Source of the DNA: a virus | Reading direction: 5' to 3' (one strand) | Length of the DNA: 64,000 nt | Virus record (IMG/VR): IMGVR_UViG_3300035689_000007 | Location: 1-64,000 of that record | In this document: positions 40,201-53,100 of the stretch, in pieces | Layout: every line of letters begins with the position of its first letter | Position numbering within the stretch: position 1 is the stretch's first letter | Made by a program: the position numbers and the translations under genes | Notes under the pieces: generated by a model | The model's database searches: none | Told to the model about the DNA's origin: nothing | What the model saw: only the letters and a program-made list of their open reading frames with translations

Positions 40201-41568
40201 AGTAACAAACTTATCTGTTGGCTCATTAGTTAATTCATATCCAAAATCTTTAACAGTAACTGGATCTGGAATAGAATCTAAATATTCTCTAATTTTACCG
40301 GGTAGCGGAGGTATGCTCTTATTTATAGTAACTACTTTTATGATTCCGGCGATCATATTTGTTGGAGTACCCGTATTTCTATTATTCCACTGCCACGTTA
40401 CGCTACATGCTGAATGATTAATAACTGGAAGTAAAGTAATAAAAACTTCATGATTTGTAGCATCACATATTTCCATAATCAAATCTAATAAATTCAATTG
40501 ATCATATCCTAAACGATAATGATATGGCAAGGTGGGTAAACCGCTTAAATCCACAACATATTTTAGCCCACGAAAATAAATATATCCACCATATCCGGCA
40601 TTTACATATTCTTGTTTTTGACTGTCGCTTAGTGGATTATTAACAGTTAAACCCATCATATAGTTGACAGCTTGGGCAACTCTATAGTATGGTATACCGG
40701 CGTCTGTTCTCCTTGACATACCAGTGCCAGTTATTGGAAAACCAGTATACAAAGATTTAATGTATATGTCTGCCTGTTGCGCCGCTCGATTAACAGCATT
40801 ACTAGTTGGTAATCCCAAACTTCCATAATATACATCAGTACCAGTTCCATCGGCTTGTAATTTTTTAGAGACTGAAGGGTTGTCAAATGATCTTTGTAAA
40901 GCATTGTCTAATACGTCATGCTCTAAAAATCCATAAACATTAAGTAGGTTAGCATTGTTGGCTGTTGACCCAGCGTAATTATTAAGAATTAAAACACAGT
41001 TAGATAAAATTTCTCTTGGATCAGTAACAATAACATTATATAGTGTTCCTCCATCTGGACTTTGTGTTTGAGTATAGGCTTGTAATATACCACCAAATAC
41101 AAAATGATAATATCCTTTATCGCCACCTGTAACGTTGCCAAAATTAGTACCGGGAGTCCAATCAAAACTGGGAACTATGGCATCATTTGTACCATAATAA
41201 TCATCAAACGCTTTTTTGAAAGCTTCATCTACAGTAGCTCTTATTCTACCAAAATTAAAAAACACTGGAGTACCAACTGGTGGAGGTCTAAATCTATCTC
41301 CCGGAATCGCTCCATCTTCTCCAACTCCGTCGTGATATACATCGTGTCCTTGGCCTATAGGTGTTTGGTCTGAAATATTAAAAGAATCAACAGCTAAATC
41401 TACAGAAAGTTGTGAAGAAGTGTCTCCAAATCCAGCAGTAACATTAAAACCGGCAATAGAACAGCCCAAAAAAGTTTGCTGTTGCATAATGTAGGGACTT
41501 GGAAAACTAGACCCAACCGATCTACTTGTTGAATGTGCTGTAGCCATAGTTATGTCACCGTGGGCCAA
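37288..41568 (-). CDS. Putative tail tip / baseplate hub-like protein (1426 aa)
   Basis: N-terminal FLGCSI..F...L.V.L, FGGILQ, VTDPREIL; C-terminal beta hairpins then coiled coil; downstream of the TMP. True start may be 41547 (MATAH). Confidence 0.65.
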   Translation of the reverse strand: MAHGDITMATAHSTSRSVGSSFPSPYIMQQQTFLGCSIAGFNVTAGFGDTSSQLSVDLAVDSFNISDQTPIGQGHDVYHDGVGEDGAIPGDRFRPPPVGTPVFFNFGRIRATVDEAFKKAFDDYYGTNDAIVPSFDWTPGTNFGNVTGGDKGYYHFVFGGILQAYTQTQSPDGGTLYNVIVTDPREILSNCVLILNNYAGSTANNANLLNVYGFLEHDVLDNALQRSFDNPSVSKKLQADGTGTDVYYGSLGLPTSNAVNRAAQQADIYIKSLYTGFPITGTGMSRRTDAGIPYYRVAQAVNYMMGLTVNNPLSDSQKQEYVNAGYGGYIYFRGLKYVVDLSGLPTLPYHYRLGYDQLNLLDLIMEICDATNHEVFITLLPVINHSACSVTWQWNNRNTGTPTNMIAGIIKVVTINKSIPPLPGKIREYLDSIPDPVTVKDFGYELTNEPTDKFVTGADEVAMYYFTRYQAPTPVFGMHQINNSLNQQILPYYGTLAPKTVTIPRGFGSYQQITLDAGELLADGVGKYYVATELELRAASISMERWIEFLLMYNDKYYESVEGGDIQDMYYAQVLPGNGQILELSNTYDITVPRCVSPPHPSEDGFVAGTDIPLNPCSPPYGWPLYWQRAKNIGVPMAGSAGFSARAQKQLNNLNSNRKVYGTNSSNSPNQPTYESSMGATIQTTAQASIIAVADKVSRMGLQNVKTIYAFIKKVADECLGKKFLVKIPQRVNKRYNAENIVTNTINTLGEPTKFIVSGPFGFMPRDPTNSPTWTMPTSIIDTSPLMNENMLNPPEALVLSEPTGYAGALKIGFNRANEEYSFNYYPEPEGGWYYFATGIKPSALLLEPIDNKFLKSDNGRIKPYIRYDHSHIISLSSFSKDSYSQQFIDPIRNAYIPDLSYVMENSNNPTDKLDETAPAFQNVVNIGGTSTTPVNACAFIKVDLDPDFYFAPPIIMASSQLHGNQYNFHRITTEPKDVLEADGCKLVKSYGMRYLYIYPIVTQSPEFQELEQMDLSKCWDYVEQEKPKHVYALITLPERAVPTMTTRFRDGMNMQINAMNLKHYLLLDVVRGMPGLNSAGPTTGGEYRAIDYMYMPSGERGRRIQFAAKEAIKKAYQGLTYDLTNRVNIISPSPIYPDLVALPLRSVERCYGPWLSAYTDFEQIGGKMEFIHDESLAPWNYGGYNLMDKAGRLLAEFGTSASLMNERGGFTIPTAPSGWTLGTYLLNLGPLVTNISTKVDSDGISTTVSMDIYTASFGKMQKQRSDNIKQLNRLKQKITDERNDLIRRNMGKGQKSNVTFAKMINQLQSVESFANRFYSSHEKGHSQVGTMITASVTNSPGSAPNSNGAYQSPNSQQDVHGGMMSNDQMAYAASILASNPVDAGVSESTTGQANITDIFYPYSRSGGDGLPTIKNGQLPNGTQYG

Positions 41569-42404
41569 TAAAATGGATTGTTAAAAAAAGAATTAATCCA
41601 AGTTCCATCATTAGTAAAATCTACCAGCGTTGCATTGGAATATGGGCTATATGTTGTAATACGTGTAGCATCTATATTTCTATTTCTTCGTTGTATAGGA
41701 CTATCTGGTGTAACTATAAATGGAGTTAAGTTTCCTCTAACTATTATTTCGCCACTACGTCTATTTGGTGTAAAACTAAAGTTTACTAGATTATAGTGTA
41801 CATAATTAAAAAATTCCAAGTCATCGTAAGAAAAATATTCTTGTGAAGAAGAGAGTGGGTTTTTACTGCTACTACCATAAATAGTATCTGGATTATTAAT
41901 ATTTGTTAATCTAGGATATGTATTAACACCTTGTGTAACATTAAATTGTGGTTTTAATATAGAAACTGGTTGGTTTGATGCTAATGTTGTTGATATATAT
42001 CTATTTGTACCAACTATTTGATCTATAGATAATATAGTGCCAAGAAAAGCAACAGAAAGAAAACCTTTCCTCCATGTAGCGCCGGTGGAAAAATCAACGA
42101 ATTCATCGTCTAACGACTCAAGAGATTGTGGGTAGTGAGTCCAAGGATCTTGATATTTAAATCTGTCATGAAATTCTGTTTTAACTTCATCTTCGTATTG
42201 TTCTTGAAGTTTATCAAACTCTTCTCCAAGCGCATTAGATAATGCGGGGGTATATGGTCTATATTGTCTGCGGGTATTTTCAAATGATAAACTCTTAAAA
42301 AGAGCAGAAATTAATCCATCTAGAAAATATTCTTTGTTAGAATTATTTATATCTGAATAATCTGGAAATGTATTATGTTGATCTGAGTTTGTTGGATATG
42401 GCAT
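41550..42404 (-). CDS. Hypothetical protein in the tail module
   Basis: Long ORF tightly packed between tail genes. Confidence 0.7.
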   Translation of the reverse strand: MPYPTNSDQHNTFPDYSDINNSNKEYFLDGLISALFKSLSFENTRRQYRPYTPALSNALGEEFDKLQEQYEDEVKTEFHDRFKYQDPWTHYPQSLESLDDEFVDFSTGATWRKGFLSVAFLGTILSIDQIVGTNRYISTTLASNQPVSILKPQFNVTQGVNTYPRLTNINNPDTIYGSSSKNPLSSSQEYFSYDDLEFFNYVHYNLVNFSFTPNRRSGEIIVRGNLTPFIVTPDSPIQRRNRNIDATRITTYSPYSNATLVDFTNDGTWINSFFNNPFYWPTVT

Positions 42405-42406
42405 AA

Positions 42407-44134
42407 TTATTCACTAAGTTCATATGTCCAAGAAAGATTTAAAGTATATCTACCCTCTGTTGCATTCCAAGTTTCTGATGGCGCATTTTGAAAATATCTT
42501 CTAATGCCCGGTTCGTTTGCCGGGCTATATATACCTATTAATCTATCTAGCTCTCCTCTAAATGGTTCTAAAAGACTTGGTTTAGAATATAACAAGTTTC
42601 TTCTCAAAACGGGATTTTCTAAATTACTAGCTCTACCATATCCTATCCAAGTTTGATCTAATATAACCTCAATAGATAAATCTCGTTTAAATTCAGTTCT
42701 ACCATAAGTATATTGCAATACCGGGCCGGTTGGTCTGCCCAATATTGGTATAACAGCAAAAACATCTCCGGGATAAGTATCGGTAACTTCGATTTTTTCT
42801 GACATAACTTTAGAAAAGAAATTTGTGGGCCTAGAATCAAACTCAAGATTATATGTAATTTCACCATTTATTGGATTAGTACCTATAGCTACTGATAGTG
42901 GTTGACTATTTAAAGTTAATCCAGTAAGAGCATTACATCGTTTGTATATAGAAGATAAATTACCAAATTGACCATTGCTAGTTAATTTTTGATAAGCAAT
43001 TTTAGCCCTTTCAGCTTCTCCGCCCTCCATAGAGGATAGAGTAGTTCTATTTGTAGTATCAAAAATTCCAGAAGCGTACTCTTCTGGTATCCACTCTGAT
43101 AATCCTTTAATTGTACCATCGATAGAGATTTTATGATATGGAGAATCTTGACCATTTGTGATATTGTGACTAAATGTTTCAATGGCCTTAGATCCAGTTG
43201 GAGCAATAATAAACGTATCTGTAATACTATAAGAACCTTCAGACACGTTTTCTTGTTCAGATCTTTCCCAATTATATAGTTGTAATTGATCACTTCCTGC
43301 ATTGTCAACATTGCGCGTATCGCTAAAAATTTTATTACGTATTGCTAAACGTAGAGCGAGTGGATCTGTGTCTGAAATATAATGATAAAGAAAACTTTTA
43401 GCTAAAATACAAGATTTTACTCCCGGTATATCTTGTCCAAGCATTAGTCCAGTTTGTGGTCCATCTCTGCCTATTATGCCGCTATACACCGCATCATAAA
43501 TAATTGGTTTACCAGTTGCCTGCAATGTCCTAGTATATTTGAAATATCTATTAGTAATTGGATAATGTTGTGCGTCTGATCCGTCATGATAACAATATCC
43601 ATATTCACCAGTTATCGGCTCTATAGATATATCCTCACTTAGGCTACTTATAACAACTGGGTTGTTAAGCTCTGGAAATTCTTCTATATTACTGCAATTT
43701 ATTCCTGGAGTAGAATAGCTTCCTTCCCACTTATCATAAGCTTTAAAGGTAGCGGTGAATTTACAATATTGCCAATATGTTCCTTCCTCAAAATCTAAAG
43801 TTTGTAATATTGGAAAATATGTGGCTTTACAAGCGCCATTAACATCGTTTAATTCTAATCTAAGTTTTTTATCGGTAAAATATTCTCGTAATCTTTCTTG
43901 CCCCTCAAATGCTGCGCCGACTCTAGTACCACCCGGAGTAGATTGTGGTGGAGGATTAAAAGTACCTTGAGCAGAACCAGAAGTCATAATATAACCATTT
44001 AATGTTATATCATATTCTTCTCCATAAGACCTTTGATGATCTCTAAGGTGATTAACAGAAATAGATACAAAAGGCGTTGGATCTAAGAATATTCGTCCAC
44101 CTTCGGTATAAATATATAGCGCATTTGTAGCCAT
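42407..44134 (-). CDS. Putative tail protein (distal-tail-like, beta-rich)
   Basis: PTPFVSIS, YDITLNG, alternating beta strands, ends YTLNLSWTYE. Confidence 0.6.
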   Translation of the reverse strand: MATNALYIYTEGGRIFLDPTPFVSISVNHLRDHQRSYGEEYDITLNGYIMTSGSAQGTFNPPPQSTPGGTRVGAAFEGQERLREYFTDKKLRLELNDVNGACKATYFPILQTLDFEEGTYWQYCKFTATFKAYDKWEGSYSTPGINCSNIEEFPELNNPVVISSLSEDISIEPITGEYGYCYHDGSDAQHYPITNRYFKYTRTLQATGKPIIYDAVYSGIIGRDGPQTGLMLGQDIPGVKSCILAKSFLYHYISDTDPLALRLAIRNKIFSDTRNVDNAGSDQLQLYNWERSEQENVSEGSYSITDTFIIAPTGSKAIETFSHNITNGQDSPYHKISIDGTIKGLSEWIPEEYASGIFDTTNRTTLSSMEGGEAERAKIAYQKLTSNGQFGNLSSIYKRCNALTGLTLNSQPLSVAIGTNPINGEITYNLEFDSRPTNFFSKVMSEKIEVTDTYPGDVFAVIPILGRPTGPVLQYTYGRTEFKRDLSIEVILDQTWIGYGRASNLENPVLRRNLLYSKPSLLEPFRGELDRLIGIYSPANEPGIRRYFQNAPSETWNATEGRYTLNLSWTYELSE

Positions 44135-44135
44135 T

Positions 44136-47100
44136 TTATAGACTTCCTCTTGTCCTAAGTTGTAGTATCGTGTCCGTTTTGGCTATACCACTACTATATA
44201 ATTCCATTACTCCAGATGGAGAAGCTAAACCACTAGCTATTAGTGGCATATTGCCAGAAGATTGTAATAAATTGAATGTATACAAATCCATCATATTATA
44301 CACATTATTGCTTTCTGGACCATAATTCACTAGTGATAAAGAGCCAGAAACAAATGGTGGAGCGCCATCTACAAATAGATTTATATCTTCATATACAGGC
44401 GTTCCATGTAAAAATGATCCACGAATATGTTCAATATACGGTCTATGTACAACATAACCGCGAGGAACCTTATCTTGTCCAGACGCCTCTATAAATATTT
44501 CTCCATTAATATTTGATAATACAATTCCATTAAATAATACCTTTTGATCAAAATTATTGTCATTCTTAAATGTAAATGTTGTATAATCACTTGGTTTTTG
44601 ATATTCTCCATAAACTCTACCAGCAATAAATGTGTCTGGATGAGAGAATGCTGGCCTGAGACTTCTTAACATTCCGTCGAAAGCATATGTTGAACCAATA
44701 TTATCAAATACATTTCCACTAGTTGAGAATGGATGGTTCATAGCCCCAACTGCTAGTATATAGTCTCCATCGACTCTTCTAGCTCTATCTATTGCTATAG
44801 CGTTTCCAAAGAATGTATTTTCTCCAGAGTTTTGAATTCTAGCATATGGACCTTGTGCCACAAGTTTGTGTATGGGAGTCCACTCTTGAGTTTTAGAACC
44901 CCAATTATTAATTTTGTTTTCATATGTAAATACAGCGCCGTGATTAAACACTACAGTTCCACTAGCTCCATATTGTTCTCTTTCGGAGGGGATTGCTAGA
45001 TCATGTATTATTCGTTGTTGAATATCAAATTGCTCATTAAATTCTTTTCTTATGAACGGCGCTGGCGTGTCTTCTGAATAGTTTTCAAACCTATGGCAAG
45101 GAGCAGATATAGCTAATATATCTCCATTTAGAGCTATGTCATATCCAAACATATCTGATACGAACGCTAGATTCTTTAATTTATCATTAGAATAATTATT
45201 GTTACCAATAACTGTAGAAGAGTTGGATGTTGTTAATCCGCTAAAACCAACACTTATTTCTTCTGGTCTAAACTTTCTTGTTACCGTCCAAGGTATTCCA
45301 GTTGTTTTTTGCTTAGACAGATTTACAGAACCAAGACCACTTCCAACATTTCCAACCTTTTCAATTAAATATACTGCGCCAGCACCGCCGTTGAATCCTA
45401 CTTCTTTGCCATGCTGCATACCGCTAGCAATAATAGTAGACCAAGGAGTAATTTCTTCCGTATTGTATGGTGAGAATGGAGCGCCAACATATACTTTGTC
45501 TTTATGTATCTTTACAGAATATCCAAATAAATCTCCGGGATATCCAGAATAAAATACATCTAAGTCTAAATGATCTTTTCCGATAGCTCTTAGTATTGGT
45601 GGAATTCTACTATAAATTCCAGCGTCTCTATAGAGAGTTCCATTATATGTATCTTGTATTTTAGATGTAGATCCGTAGTGTTGTTCAACTATGTTAAAAT
45701 TATCTATATACCAAGCTTGTCTTAGTGCCGCTTTTTCTTCTTCAGTATATGGTGGAGGTGGAGATAATTCAATTCTAAAGTGTCCGATATCGCTATTGAA
45801 TAATGGCAACATTGGATCAGTTGGTTGTGGCGGTTTTTTACCGGCTATTTCTATTTTACCTTCTAAATCACTATATTTTGTAGCTGGTAAGCTGTTACTT
45901 GTAAATTGACCAAAGCGATAATTTAATCCACTGTTTTCTGGATAAGCATTAACTAATCTACTTGGACTTGATCTTTCTGGTGATATAATCTTAAATGCTG
46001 TTTCATATTGTCTTCCAGATCTTGTTGTATTAAAATTAGTATTTGGATATAGACTTGCTAGGAACCAAGCTAGATTTGGATTAATAGTATTTCCACCTTC
46101 GGACAGAATTGTTCTACCTTGTATTAAACTGGGATCACTTATAACTGTAATTCTAGATTTATTATATCCATTGAAATATCCACCTTGATGATAAACTGTC
46201 TGCGCCATAACTACTGGGCCGTCAGCAATATCAACACCCGGTGTGCCATATCCTTCTGGAGGATCATTTGAACATATACGATTATTTGATATGCAATATT
46301 TAGAGCTATCTGTACTAATTTCTCTATTAAATAATTGTGTATACGAAGTATCTGGTGTGCCGGGAATGGTAACTACTTCTGTTTCATAAATAGGCCACCT
46401 AGCTGTAGAAATAATAGTATTTGATGGTATTCTAACACCAGAAACGCTCAACAGTCTAACAGTTCGTAATTGTTTTGGATTTTGTTGTAATGGATAGCTA
46501 GCAGAATGCGTAAAATACATATCTAGTGTTTCTTGACCAGATGGAATTTGTACATATAGGTCAAGACTATCGTATAATTCTTTTGTATATCCGGCAGACA
46601 CATAAGTTTGTTTAACGTTATTATTTTCATCAGTATCAACTAAAAGTATATTTCTTCCTACTGGTCCAATTGGTTGATTAAGAACCGACGTATTTACAAA
46701 CTCTGAAGCCAAACAATTTCCAACAACTAAATTAATTGGAGAAATTTCTAAAGAACTTTCTTTCAAAATATTGAATCTTAACTTGAATAAGTTATAGTCA
46801 TCATGCTCTTCAAGTTTTTCTGGAACTGTAAACGATACTTTAGTTATGCCAGTATTAAATTTTGGAACTCCGATAGAAAATTGTTCTGTGTCTGTAACTG
46901 GAGCGTCAAAAAAAGCTAAATTAATAGCATTCCTATTATTAATAGGAACAAATTCATGTGTAAATCCGTTTGGTACTGGGTACGGTGGACGATCTGAATA
47001 TGGAACTGTAACAGCGCCATCTCCATATCCGACATAAGAATTACTACTTGCAAAAGAAGAATTTTCGTCTAGCCCATCATATAAATATGTGTTTGCGGCA

Positions 47101-50100
47101 ATTGATAATGAAGATGTTAACTGGCCGATGTTATCAGTTCGAATATCAGATCTATCGGCATATTTATTTTTTCCTTCTAAGAATAGCGGACTCATTGATA
47201 GTCCTAATTGTTCGCAAATATACTTTGCCACATTTGCAGATCTAACATTATAAGCAGATATTGTAGATGTCATAGAGCTAGAATCTAAATTATATGTATA
47301 TGTTGTATTATTACTTATTTCATCTCCTAATGATGGCTCTTGACCATAAGTAATTATCAATGTTTTATTTCCCATGTCTAAGAATCGTTTAATATTCTGT
47401 ATATCTTCACTTGATGGCATATTGTCAGTATTAGCAATCCAAGCTGCTGTATAACCTTTAGAAATATCATATAGATCTTGTGTTAAAACATTTAAGTCGC
47501 CCATATCAATACCAACATTAGTCAATTGTGCCTGTATATCAGATTTATTATATCCATCAGTATATGAAGTTCTATTTGTAAATCCGCCAACTTGTGCAAC
47601 TTTTGCATTACCATCAGCATCAGTTGCTAATAAGTTAAAGTATAGATTAATATTTCTATCGCCCGCAGAGGATAATAAAATATTTCTACTTTCATACATA
47701 GTAGCAGCAATTAAAACTATTTTTGAAGTTGTACTATATTGTTCTGAAGCAATCATGCAAACATTGGGTTTGATATTAATCAATTTAGTTGCAGATTGAT
47801 TAGAGATCGTAGATCTAGCTTGTAGTACAGCATCGTTTCCATTATATTCACTTGGATCAAAAAACAAACTATTACTTACAGTATTATTAATATTGTAGTT
47901 TAATTCTGTATAATTACTGTCATCGTTTGACCAAATAAATGCAACGCCACTATATACAGCATTTCCAAATGTTGTTCTTACAGATGTAGAAGAATCATAA
48001 CCAACTAATTTGGATCTTAATTCTTCAGTGGGTGCAGAGCCGGGAACAATTATTGTTTTAGGTATTGCTTCATATGCTGACAAGATCGGTACTGGCTCAC
48101 TCTTTGTGTTGAAATTGGGATTTTTACCTCTTTCTTCTCCTTCGCAGCCCCAATCAACAATATTGTGTGTGCCATATTGAAAACCAAAATTTCTTTCATA
48201 ACTTATCCATGCTGGACCTCTGGGAGTCATTATCTCACATTGATCTATATATTTGGATCTTAAATCTCCCTCATGAACAATGGGCATTTCGCACTTATCA
48301 TGAAGTTCTCTATATGTTCTTTTTCTTTCAAAGTCAAAACTGAATGGATCAGAAGAACCACTTGGTGGTTTATCGCATATATATAAATCTGATATGTTTG
48401 TATCATATAATCTAATGTCTCCAACACCAGAACCTCTTAATGGAACTGGATAAGCTATGGCGGGAGTAGATTTAGCTGGTACAAAAGAGTTTTGAACATT
48501 GTAAAATGTATTTGTGTTTTGCATTAATGCTTCATATTGATTTCTAGCAGCATAAATGCGCATATTGACATCTAGTTCTTCTAATATATAGTTAATAATG
48601 TTGTTTGAGTTAAAGTAAGCGCCATTGGCTTCCCACTTGGGATCATTTCCAACCAAGACCAAGTGCCTATCGCCTAAAGATAACCAATCTCTAATATTGT
48701 CAATTATCTCATCGCTAGCAGCATTAATGGCTGGAGTAATTATAAAGGCGAGTCCAGCATCTTCTGGTATTTTTAAACCTTCAGCAAAACTTGTTCTAGA
48801 AAATGTATAACCCATACTATTGTATAGATTATTCATAGTAAAACTAAATAATCCAGAATCCTGCGGTGGACTTAATAGTTCGTGTAGATTTCCAAACTTG
48901 TAATACTCTACAACCTTTTTATTGTGTGGATAATAATTTCTACTTTCTAACAGCCTTATAGCTCCAGCATTGGTATAATTTTGCCACTGCCAAGGCTCTC
49001 CACCAAATGCAGTTTCTTGTCCAGATTTTATGTCATATCTAAACCACGTTTGTGTGTAGTCTCTTTCGCCCAAACTGTCTGTTGGAGAACCGATAGCAAT
49101 TAAAGATCCGTCTGAATTTATATCAACACTGTATCCTAATCTTGGTGTTGGTATATAATTCGCCCAAAGGTCTGACCAAGCATCAAAACCAATAGGAACA
49201 CCCATTTCATAAATTAAGTTGTACCTTTTAATTTGTAGGTTTTCTAAAAACTTGAAGTAAGCAAAGCGTAAACCTTCTGAAAACTTATTATATGTTTCTA
49301 AATTAAGATTTGCTATAGATTCTGTTATTGGTAATTTTTCTAAATATTCACTATATAGATCATAACTTTCACCAAATGTAGCATTATTAATTTCTTCATA
49401 GTATCTAGGTTGTAAGAAAGATGTGATAAAATATAAGCTGTTTAATAGCTGATTATTGAAGTTTTCGTTATATTCAAATACCTGCACTGAATGTGGAGAA
49501 TATGGAGATCCTATAGCAATAACTTTGCCATCATCACTTATTGCAACATCGTGTCCAAATCGATCAGAAGTATCATTTGTATAAGAAACTGGAGATTTGA
49601 TTTCTTGAACAACTTTAAACTGTCCATTATTTTCTCTTTCAAAAATATAAACAGATCCACCACTTGGTGGTGGGTAATTAAATTCACCAGCATTTTCATT
49701 GAAGCTACCAAGATTATTTGCTATTAATTTTTGTACATTGTTTTCTTGTAGTGTTTCAATATCAGTTAAATCTAATAAGCAGTTAATAGATTGTGCTATC
49801 CAATTTTCATCAACGTCAACCGTTACGTTAACAAATCCTTCTGCCGGATCTCCATCAAAATCCACCAATCCATTATTCTTAGAATAGTCTTTATAGTAAT
49901 CTATGAACTTATCTAGCGCCCCCTTTCTAAAAGGAATATTGTATCCTAAAGATTTAGAACCAAGTGATCTAGAATCATCTATATAGATTCCTAATAGCGG
50001 CGGTATGCCACTATGTATAGCGCTAGATGTTAGTGGAAATACTTCATGAAAAATATCTTTTAGTTCTTGAAGTATGACATCTTCTCGCTCTTGATATTCT

Positions 50101-53100
50101 GGAGTATTTACATTATAACTGAAATGTCTATGAGTAAGATACTTACTTACAAATGGCGGTTTTGGCTCTAAGAAATCTTTAGAAGTTTCACCAATACCAA
50201 TATTTGAACCAAGCATTGGTTCGCAAAGTATTACTTTAATATCAAACTTAACTGATGGGTCACAGAAATATCTATATACTAAATCTCTGTCTGATAGTTG
50301 ATCTAAAATTTGTCTCCAATTAGCATTATCTGGATCACTAACTAATTCGTTATTAAATACAAATAATCCTATAGTTACTGGAGTAGTTTGTATGGGAGCA
50401 AAAGTTCTACTCCACTCAGCGCCGGGTCCACCGGCAATTAAAATATCTGTATTGTTTCTACGGGCAGAATCTAATGAGTATCCTAATTGCCTTCCTTCTT
50501 GACCAACTATCCAATTAGTTCCTATACCCGTGTACGGCAACAAGTTACCATATCTATCTCTAAAAGAGATATTCCTCTTATAAAAATAATCTCTTCTCCA
50601 ACCAGTTGGTAAAACAATTTCTTGTTCTAACACAAAGTTAGATTTATCTAATTGATTGCTCCAATCATAACCACTTGGCTCTGGATTTTTTCTATAGACA
50701 TAAATTTTTCCTGCATTATTAATTTCGTAATTTGTTTCATCGAAAATATTTTCATATGGACAACCAATCATAACCCTATCATCAAGAACTGTAACACTTT
50801 TACCAAATTTATTTCCAGAAGAGTTCACACTTGGTGTTAATTGTATTCCACTATATGCAACATCTTCATTTGTTCCATATTCCCATTCTGTCATTTCTCT
50901 TGGAACTTGTAGTATTTTATCTGTTCCTGTTTTGCCAGTAATAGTAATTGTGTATGGCGCTTGTGGTATTAAATTACTGAATTTTCTAATTCCATAAAAA
51001 TGACCGCTATATGGAATATTAGTACCAAAGGCACCAACATCTGGATTTGTGTAAACAGTTATTGGTCTAACGACTCCACCGTTAACACATTCTGGATCAT
51101 ACCACAGTGTGTCATGTGTTATAAGTTGATCTTCTTGACACTTAATAGTGCTGATTGTATCACAATTACCATAGCATATGGTTTGTACTCCTCTAATTTC
51201 ATCAATCGCAGGAACTGACGCAAATTGATTATCTAATAATGAAATTTCTTTACCAAAATTTGTGCCATCCCACTTAAATGATTCTAGTTCATTATCTCTT
51301 TTGGAAATTGGTTTTACGTGATATAGATAGAGAGGAAATTGAGAATTAATGTTTTCTTCTTTTGGTCTACTGTTGATATATAAAGCAATATTTGCACTTG
51401 TTGGTTCCCAAGTTCTGTTTGGACCAAGTACATATAAACCAATAGATTCTTCTGTTGAAATATCAAAAGCAGAAAGCGGAAAACCAGCCAACAACATAAA
51501 ATTAAGTTGATCAACCGCTGGCTGATTTACATCATCATATGAAAAGAGATTTAATGAGTTGCTTATAGTATTTTCTATTAAGCCGTTAACATAACAAATA
51601 ATAGAATCTTCTTCATTGTCATATCCACCTTCTACAAAAAGGCTCATGCCTAGTGGATTATTATTTCCAAATAAACTTCCAAAATTTGAATTCGATGTTG
51701 ATGCATTGCCAACTTGAATGGTATATAATGGCATTGATACATTACTGTTAAATACTCCAGAACTAATTAATGACATTATACCAGATTGTTCAATATATGT
51801 TACGCCGCTGGTGTAGATATTAATTTGGTTATTGAAAGCGCTAACATATCCCACTTCATATAATGGTAATGGAGCTTCTTGATAAGCTTTACCAGATTCA
51901 TAAATTGGTAAATTGTTATTTATTTCATCAGATTGGTTAATTCCATTTAGTTCTATATCTACTGAGTGTAATTTAATTTGTGATTTGTTATATGTGCCAG
52001 ATGGATAGATAACATCGTATTGCACAAACATTTGATTTATGTCTTTAACAAAATAATTTTCTTCAAATTCTTTGTATGTAATAGTTTTATCGAAAAATGC
52101 CCAAGGTTCAGATTCATTATCCTTTAAATCTCCCAACTTAAACTTACTTTCTATCTTATTCCAGCAATCTTTTGGATTGAGATAATGAGTAGATCTGCTA
52201 ATCAAGCCAAAATTTTTGGTTGGAAATAATACACTTTCTTTAGATGGAGTATATAAACTAACTATAAGTTTAGCACCAGTTTTGCCATTGGGCCAATTAA
52301 TAGTAGAATCACATTCATGTTGTACAACGCTGTTAACAATTAAAGAATCTTCAGCAACTATATAACTTCTTGGTAAGTTTTTAACCAATCTTGGAGGTAA
52401 AGAATAAAGCCTGTCTTCATTACCAGAAAGACTAAATCTTAACATGTCATTTTCTACTTGAGAATGATATGAAATACCAGATAAATGTATTGAGTTTGGT
52501 AATGTTAGATTGGTTCTGTCTTGATAAGTCTTTCCATCATTATAAAAATTATGATATAGATAGTCTTTTCCATTTCTAAATTTCATAATGTCATACGCAA
52601 CACCAAAACTACAATATTTAAAAGCTCCTAATTTCCAATCTTCTGTTTTTTCATCAATAAATTGCCATAGTTTATTTCTATCATTTATGTGTGAGTCATT
52701 TACATTGCAAAAATGTGCTAAGTGGGTGTTGAAAAATAATTCAATATTGTCTTGCTGTTTAGAAGAATCTGGATTTGCATTATAGACTAGATTACCACCA
52801 CCAGTATCATTATGAGTTGATATACCAATTTCAGAAATAAAAGCATTGATGCCTATTCCAGATCCAGAAGAATATCCAAATAACAAATCACTATTACCAC
52901 TACTTAATACAAACTCATTTGATTCATCACATAGTATGTTTGTGCCACTGGCAATTGCGGCAATTTCACTATTAGTAAATAGTCTTAATTTACGAGATTG
53001 ATTATCATTATAAGTCAATGCAATAGAAAGTGGATATTGATAATTTTCATATGATATAGAATCTTGAAGTTCAATCAAGTTACCATTAGAATCTTTGGCA

